Positions 57,753 through 64,000 of a stretch of 64,000 nucleotides of DNA are shown piece by piece. Made by a program: the position numbers and the translations under genes. Origin of the DNA: Podarcis pityusensis (taxonomy: Eukaryota); the NCBI GenBank assembly GCA_964106645.2, contig OZ067039.1, one strand, 5' to 3'. Positions within the stretch are counted from its first letter, which is position 1; each line of letters starts with the position of its first letter. Below the pieces are notes generated by a model that ran no database searches, was not told the origin of the DNA, and saw only the letters and a program-made list of their open reading frames with translations.

Positions 57753-57978
57753 CAGTGGTACCTCGGGTTACATACGCTTCAGGTTACACACTCCGCTAAC
57801 CCAGAAATAGTGCTTCAAGTTAAGAACTTTGCTTCAGGATAAGAACAGAAATCAGGCTCCAGCGGCGCAGCGGCAGCAGGAGGCCCCATTAGCTAAAGTT
57901 GTGCTTCAGGTTAAGAACAGTTTCAGGTTAAGAACGGACCTCCAGAATGAATTAAGTACTTAACCCGAGGTACCACTG
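57753..57978. mobile_element. Tc1/mariner MITE, same family as 2023-2280
   Basis: Same TIRs, TA TSD and a largely alignable interior. Confidence 0.85.
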
Positions 57979-59499
57979 TATGTTACTGGCACTTCCCAAA
58001 GAGAGAATGCTTCCACATCTCTTTGCTTACTTACTAGGCACATATTTGACATGGATCTAAGATGATTTAGAGGGGAAAGAGGTGTTCTATCCAGTTTTCA
58101 AGCCCTCATGTCCCACCTTCTCCCACATCAGCCAGCTCTCCTAGCTGTGGTCTGGAATTGAATCAATATGCACACAGGGCACTTCCAAGTTGTTGCTGTT
58201 TGCAAGTGGGATTTGATCACATTCTGGTAATTATTCAGGTTGAGTAATTATAGTTGATTGAGCAGGGGGGTGTCTTGCCAACTCACCCACTTTCCCAAAA
58301 GATCATATTTTTTTGCGATAAAGAAAGTAATGGGGAAATGCACTTGGAAGTGTAGGATGACACTTGCCTTGATGCAACATCATCTAACCTCCCTATGAAC
58401 AAATCAGAACGAATGCTCCTTAAATCAGGTCTGGGGAACCATTGACCTCCAGATGTTGCTGAACTACAACTCTCATCAGCATTAGCAAGCATAGCCAGTG
58501 ACCCTAATTGATGGGGCTTGTAGTTCTACAACTAAGGGCCTGTTTATGCACAGCTATTGTTCATGTGTTGCACAAGATCCAGGCATAAATGGCATTTCAA
58601 CAAAAGGAAATGCTTCAGACCAGTAGTTTCCTAACAGTTCACACATGCAAGTCAAACCCATCCACACAGAGATTTTCCTCGCTCCCCCAGTATTTTTATT
58701 TTTATTATTTTAATTTAGTGCTGCCATAAGCTATATCTATTATCTCTCAAAGTAGCATTTCTGTTGCAGGAGCATGATTTTCCCAGCAGTCAACCTGCAA
58801 TATTTTGCCACTTGGGAAATATTATTCCAGCCCACCCATTGTGATTGTAAGTGGTGTGTGGGATATCATTAAGTGTGGCAGGCACCAAATGGATCGTGCC
58901 TGAATCTTTACAAAATTGTCTGTTTTTTCCGTTGCTGTACCACTAAAGAATAGAGCACGCATGTGAATCGAGTTTTTCAAATAAAATACTAGCAAGGATT
59001 CCCTGTCATAGCCCTGTCATTTCAAATGTTTTTATTTAGTGCTTGGAAGTCTGTGGACTTTATTTTCAGCCCCAGAGCATGAATCTCCCCTGTTTTTCTT
59101 TAACATCACAAACAGGAATATGACTGCCTTCCCTGCTACAGGTATCCCCTCCTTTCTCTTAGGTAGGAGCAGAATACTGTATTGTGATACTGACGCCTAA
59201 TGCATGCTAGTGCAAATATAACACTAGTGCTAAAATCCTGTGCCCAATTTCCTGAGAGTAAGTCTGCTCAGTGGGAGGAAACTGATTTCTTGGATCCATA
59301 TCTTCCCCAGGTTTGGTACAAAAACTATTTTGGTTGACATGTATCGGGAGAGAGAAGGAGCGTGTCCCTGTCGGTTTTCCTTGATGTCTTAGTAGCTTTC
59401 AGTTTCATTGGCCATATAGTGGCTTTCTGGGGTAACTGTCTGAATTGGGAGTTGATGGGTACTGTGGTGCTTGGGGGATATAGCTCAGTTCTGTGGATG

Positions 59500-60400
59500 G
59501 TCCTGTATAGAGTTTCTCAGGTGTTCTCTCCCATGTATTTAACATGAAGCCACTGGGTGTGGTCATTCCGAGCTCTGTAGCACATTATCATCAGTACACT
59601 GAGATGGTGCAGCTCAATTCTCCTTTTCATCTTTGGCTGGTGAGGTGGCGGATCTGCTGAACTGGTGTCTGGTCATAGCAATAGACTGGATGGAGGTCAA
59701 TAAACCTAAGCTCAGTCCAGACATGACCAAAATGCTATTAGTGGGTGGTTCCTCTGAGCAAAGGAACAGTCTCTAGCCTGTTCTAGATGGGGTCATACTT
59801 CAGGGTTCTCCTGGATTTGTTACTGTTAACTTGAGGCACACTGAGGTGGCCTCAGTTGTGCAGAATGCTTCCCCCCCAGCTTCAGCTTGGTAGCCTAGCT
59901 ATACCCTTTTCTGGCCAGGAATAATTTGACTTTAGGAACCTACAGATTAGAGAACAAAAACGCCTGTACATGAAGGTGCCTCTGAAGATGGTTTGGAAAC
60001 TGCACCATATGCAGAATGCCCAGGTCATATTGCTGTCTGAGAGTCGGCAGTTTGGCATGGCACCTGTCTTAGTACAACCGCAGTGGCTGCCTATATACAA
60101 TTTCGAGCCCATTAAAAAAGTGCTAGTTTAAACCTATAAAGCTTTATACAGTTTGAGATCCCAATACCTAAAATAACGCTTCTCCTGGCATGAAACTACC
60201 CAGGACCTTAGATTCTCATCCATGGCCTTTCTCCTTATGCCTCCCTTCAAGAGAGATTTGGCGGGTGGCAAGAAGGCAGGTAGTTGTGCCCCCCATCCCA
60301 GTCTATGGAATGCTCTTCCCAGAAAAGCCCCCCTAACATCAACACTTACAATTACTGTATTCTTTTTGCGCCTGGCTTTCTTCTTCTCCTCAGCATGTGA
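59500..60400 (+). mobile_element. Old, degraded L2/CR1-clade LINE RT fragment
   Basis: Remnant of the post-YADD region (catcagtacactgagatgg...actggatggaggtcaataaacctaagctcagtccagacatgacc, roughly WM..NKLKL.P.KT) and the LHWLP/LWNALP-like 3' region. Frameshifted. Confidence 0.55.
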
Positions 60401-61193
60401 TAGAATACGATGAGACAATTGCCTTGGCTTATTTGTTGGGCATATCCTGAGTTGTTGATAATCTTTTTGTTTTTGGAGGTCGGTGTGCTTTTTAACTTTG
60501 CTTCATATTTCTGATAAGTCACCAAGAATTAGACAACTAACAAATTAATTAAATTGATGATGAAGTAATCTCCTAGGCCCATGAGTCTGAGAATGATCAG
60601 ATGGTGCCACCTACAAACCCCCCCCCCAATGATGCTCAAATCAGCTGGCTTTTTCACGTTACCAAATTCATACTAAGGCTTATTCCTATATAGACATTTC
60701 TACCATGCTGTTCTAAAGCAACTGTTAATCAAGGAAGCACGCAACAATTAAAACCAACAAATCATCATAAAATATTGTTATTTTAAAAATGCAAGGTGGA
60801 CTAGCATGGCAGTTTGTTGGGTGGTCGTCCAATCAGGAGACAAGAGAGATAAAGAAACAAAAAACATCCTGAGAGAATTTTTTGCTTTCAGACCCCTTGC
60901 CTAAGAACTAAAGGCCAAGACTAGCTTATTTTCCTCTTGGCTCTTAAAGAAAAGAAGAATACCATCTGGGGTTTATCAGATCCTGTCACAACAGGCCTTG
61001 GGAAAGCCTTAAAGACCTATTTTTTCTCTTTGGCTTTCTTTTGAGCTGTTGCTGTATTGGAGGGCTGGTGGCTGGATAGTTGGTTTATTACAATCACTGG
61101 CTTTTATTAATGAACTGAGCAGGTTTCTGTACCTTCTCTTCTGTAAACAACACTGGGAGGGTTTCACTCACACTCTTCAAAATATTTTAAATA

Positions 61194-61452
61194 CCGTATT
61201 TTTTGCTCTATAAGACTCACTTTTCCCCTCCTAAAAAGTAAGGGGAAATGTGTGTGCGTCTTATGGAGCGAATGCAGGCTGCGCAGTTATCCCAGAAGCC
61301 AGAACAGCAAGAGGGATTGCTGCTTTCGCTGCGCAGCGATCCCTCTTGCTGTTCTGGCTTCTGAGATTCAGAATATTTTTTTCCTTGTTTTCCTCCTCCA
61401 AAAACTAGGTGCGTCTTGTGGTCTGGTGCGTCTTATAGAGCGAAAAATACGG
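61194..61452. mobile_element. Tc1/mariner-type non-autonomous DNA transposon
   Basis: TIRs ccgtatttttttgctctataagac...gtcttatagagcgaaaaatacgg with TA TSD, plus an internal inverted repeat agaagccagaacagcaagagggat/atccctcttgctgttctggcttct. Confidence 0.8.
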
Positions 61453-62212
61453 TAATTGAAAATGAATTTCAACAGATTTTGTCCTGAAGCTGCAAAAGCA
61501 CAGTGGGCTCTGCCTCAGCACTCACCCAAAGATGCTGCACCCTGCCCTGCCTCATGTATTCAGTCCTGGAATCATTATGGAGTTCTGGAGGCCAGATTTT
61601 TTAAAAATATTATTTCAAGAGGTGGCAAACCAGATTCCTACACATAAGCGAAGAAAGGTGAACTCCGCATGTAGACAGTCATCTGAGAGGATCTTAAAGC
61701 ATGTACTCTGCTGCACACCTTCTGTGCAGGAATTTGGAAACCTGTGATGTTGCCTTACGCGGAAAATAGCAGCAGTTGTGTGTTTTTGCAAATTCAGAGG
61801 CTGTTGTGGGGGGGGGGGGCAGGCCTTGTGTGTGTGGATCCTACTCTTTCCTTGTGTATTCCAAACAAGAGGCTAGAAAGAGGAAGCCACAAGGCCCCCA
61901 GAATCCTCTTCAGTTTCCCGGCTGAATGTTATTTTTATTATTTATTAATTCATGAATCATGTTTTTAATGCCTGTCAAAGTGATTTACAAACACACACAC
62001 ACACATGCTAGAAATAGTTTTAAAAACAGTACACACAGTACACCTACACCCCGGATATAGGTGTAAAAACAATGCAAAATGAACATCTAAGGCAGAGACT
62101 TTTTCGCCCAGGTGGAAAAGCAAATAGCAGCATGTTTGTTTGTCGTTGGGTGCATAGGTAGTGGAAAGCCACAGGCAATCCTAAAGCATGTGCCTGTGTA
62201 ATACATGCATTT

Positions 62213-62350
62213 GTCATACAGTTGTACAGCAGGAAGAGACCGCGAGGGTCATCTAATCCAACTCCCTGCAATGCAGGAATCTTTTGCCCAATGTGGGACT
62301 TGAACTCACAGCCCTGAAATTAAGAGTCTCGTGCTCTACCAGACAAGCTA
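62213..62350 (-). mobile_element. Second, more diverged copy of the tRNA-Lys/CR1-tail SINE
   Basis: Shares cctgcaatgcaggaatcttttgcccaa...attaagagtctcgtgctctacc with 24609-24750. Confidence 0.7.
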
Positions 62351-63352
62351 TTTGTCACATGCATGCAAACTCTGTGTCTTTACATGTACATGGAAGAAAC
62401 ATAATGTGCGAAGCGGCCCAAACGGGGAGAGGCAATTGAGAATGGATGTAGATTTTGTGGCAGGGCAGCGGCAGGGAATGAGAGGCATAACTTTTTGGAT
62501 AGCACGGGGTGGGTGTGGGGAATGGGGAAGCTTCCCACTGAGTCGATCCAACTTCTTGTGCCCTATCCAGCTCCATCTGGCTCGGTCTGCACCTCCCCGC
62601 AGGGCCCCCTCCCCGCCCTTTGCAGCTGTGTCGCCTCCGGCTTGGAGCCATTTGGATTTTGCAAACTAAGCAAGGTCAGGCCAGGAGAAAATGTGGAAGC
62701 GACAGCCCTGGGGAAAAACTAGGGTGCTGCAAGGGCACTCCCTTCAGCGTCAAAGCCTTCATAGCCGTGCTATTCCAGTGCCAGGAAGCACTGTAATTAT
62801 TGGGGTCACGAGGCTATGCCTTTTGTAATAGCTGGCTCAATCAAAGCTTCCCCTTTTGCAAGCAGTGCGCCCCCAGTTGACTTAAGGCGGCAGCAGGGTG
62901 TAGCGCTCTGGCGAGAGGTGCCTGCTCCAGACAGCACTGAAACGCAGGCATTCGCAGCCATTCAGTTTGAGTAATTCCAGCCACCTCCTTCACTTCCTCT
63001 CCTAAATTGCCCAGCAGGATTGTTGTGTGGCAATTAGAGAGCAAGCTGCTCTCCGCCCCAGAGGCAGCTGCATCGCAGAGATCCCTTTATAAACAGCTGC
63101 TCATGCCCTAGAGAGAACTGTAAACTCGGCTCTGGACAAGGAAGGCATCAGTGTTTAACTCAGTAAAGCTCTTTAATGTCTTCTGGCGGAAATGATACTG
63201 GACATTGTTGCCTGGTTCCTGCTTGCACACACAGAACTTCACTCTGTCCTCTCTGGGGCAAGTCAGAATTGTCCTAAATTATTTTCTTTTCATCTCATAC
63301 CTATCCCCAGTCTCTGTTTTCGTCTCTTTGGAGATTATTGCCAACCATCGCC

Positions 63353-63353
<1 letters not shown>

Positions 63354-63392
<39 letters not shown>

Positions 63393-63545
63393 CCCGCCCA
63401 TCTGTCTGGGTTGCCCCAGCCACTCTGGGTGGCTACATAATAAAACATCAAACATTAAAAACTTCCCAATACAGTGCTGCCTTCAGATCTCTTCTTAAAG
63501 TTGTATAGTTCTTTATCTCCTTGACATCTGATGGGAGGGAGTTCA
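63354..63545 (-). mobile_element. L2-like LINE 3' end with (TAA)n tail
   Basis: (tta)n at 63354-63391 next to sequence translating on minus as NSLPSDVKEIKNYTTLRRDLKAALY, typical of L2 C-termini. Confidence 0.6.
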
Positions 63546-64000
63546 GTATCCTCAAGGATTTCATTGCACACAAATCTGGAAACGTGGGTTTTACCATCTG
63601 TTTCCCACAGAATAATGTAGGAATCAATGGGAACCAGGATTTCTGTCTTGGACAAAAGGGGTGCAGACCTGAATCATAGTGCTGGTAGGCCTCCTTTAGA
63701 CACACTAATTCTCACCTCCACCCATTCCTCATTCTCCTATTAGGGTTCTTGGGGACTCTCCTTCCCATGTACATTGGTAACATTTTTGTGTTATGCCATG
63801 CCAAGAAAGGGCGTTCTCACATTCTATAATTCAGTTGTAATATATTCAGGCCAGCTGGAGCCAGGGATGAGGAACCATTTCAGCCCAGGGGCTACATTCC
63901 CCTATGGGCAAACTTCCAGAGACCACATGCCAGTGGCAGGCTGTGCCAGAAGCAAAAGAGGGCAGCGGGGGACATATGACCTGGGTAGAGGGGTGTGTGG

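Noticed and set aside
50000-64000. Numerous 60-170-aa ORFs, and the expected JUNB gene
   Set aside because: No recognisable domains or exon chains, and many derive from repeats or GT-rich sequence. No bZIP ORF is present in the window.

Overview
Eukaryotic (squamate, probably lacertid lizard) genomic DNA, judged by its Sauria SINEs, BovB and Tc1/mariner MITEs. It holds two convergent host genes. BEST2 (+) has 9 coding exons at 4131-13910 (571 aa). HOOK2 (-) has 22 coding exons plus a 6-nt Ala-Ile microexon at 49688-17376 (723/725 aa) and a CpG-island promoter. HOOK2 intron 3 carries an antisense, apparently fully intact and very young 11.4-kb class I (gamma-like) endogenous retrovirus at 33328-44742. 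It has two 1113-bp LTRs with no difference found by eye, a 4-bp ATTT TSD, a tRNA-Lys1,2 PBS and open gag, pro-pol and env. Unusual features of the provirus are a UGA-CAA-UUA (tobamovirus-type) gag-pol readthrough context, a 5x13-aa repeat tail on integrase, a hierarchical 22-copy TGACAG array between pol and env, a second furin-like site and a YxxM tail in Env, and a hairpin before the PPT. HOOK2 intron 15 contains a young solo LTR (5-bp TSD) that is an open reading frame from its first codon. The last ~14 kb is intergenic, with repeats and transcription-factor motif clusters. Coordinates were read by eye and no database searches were run.
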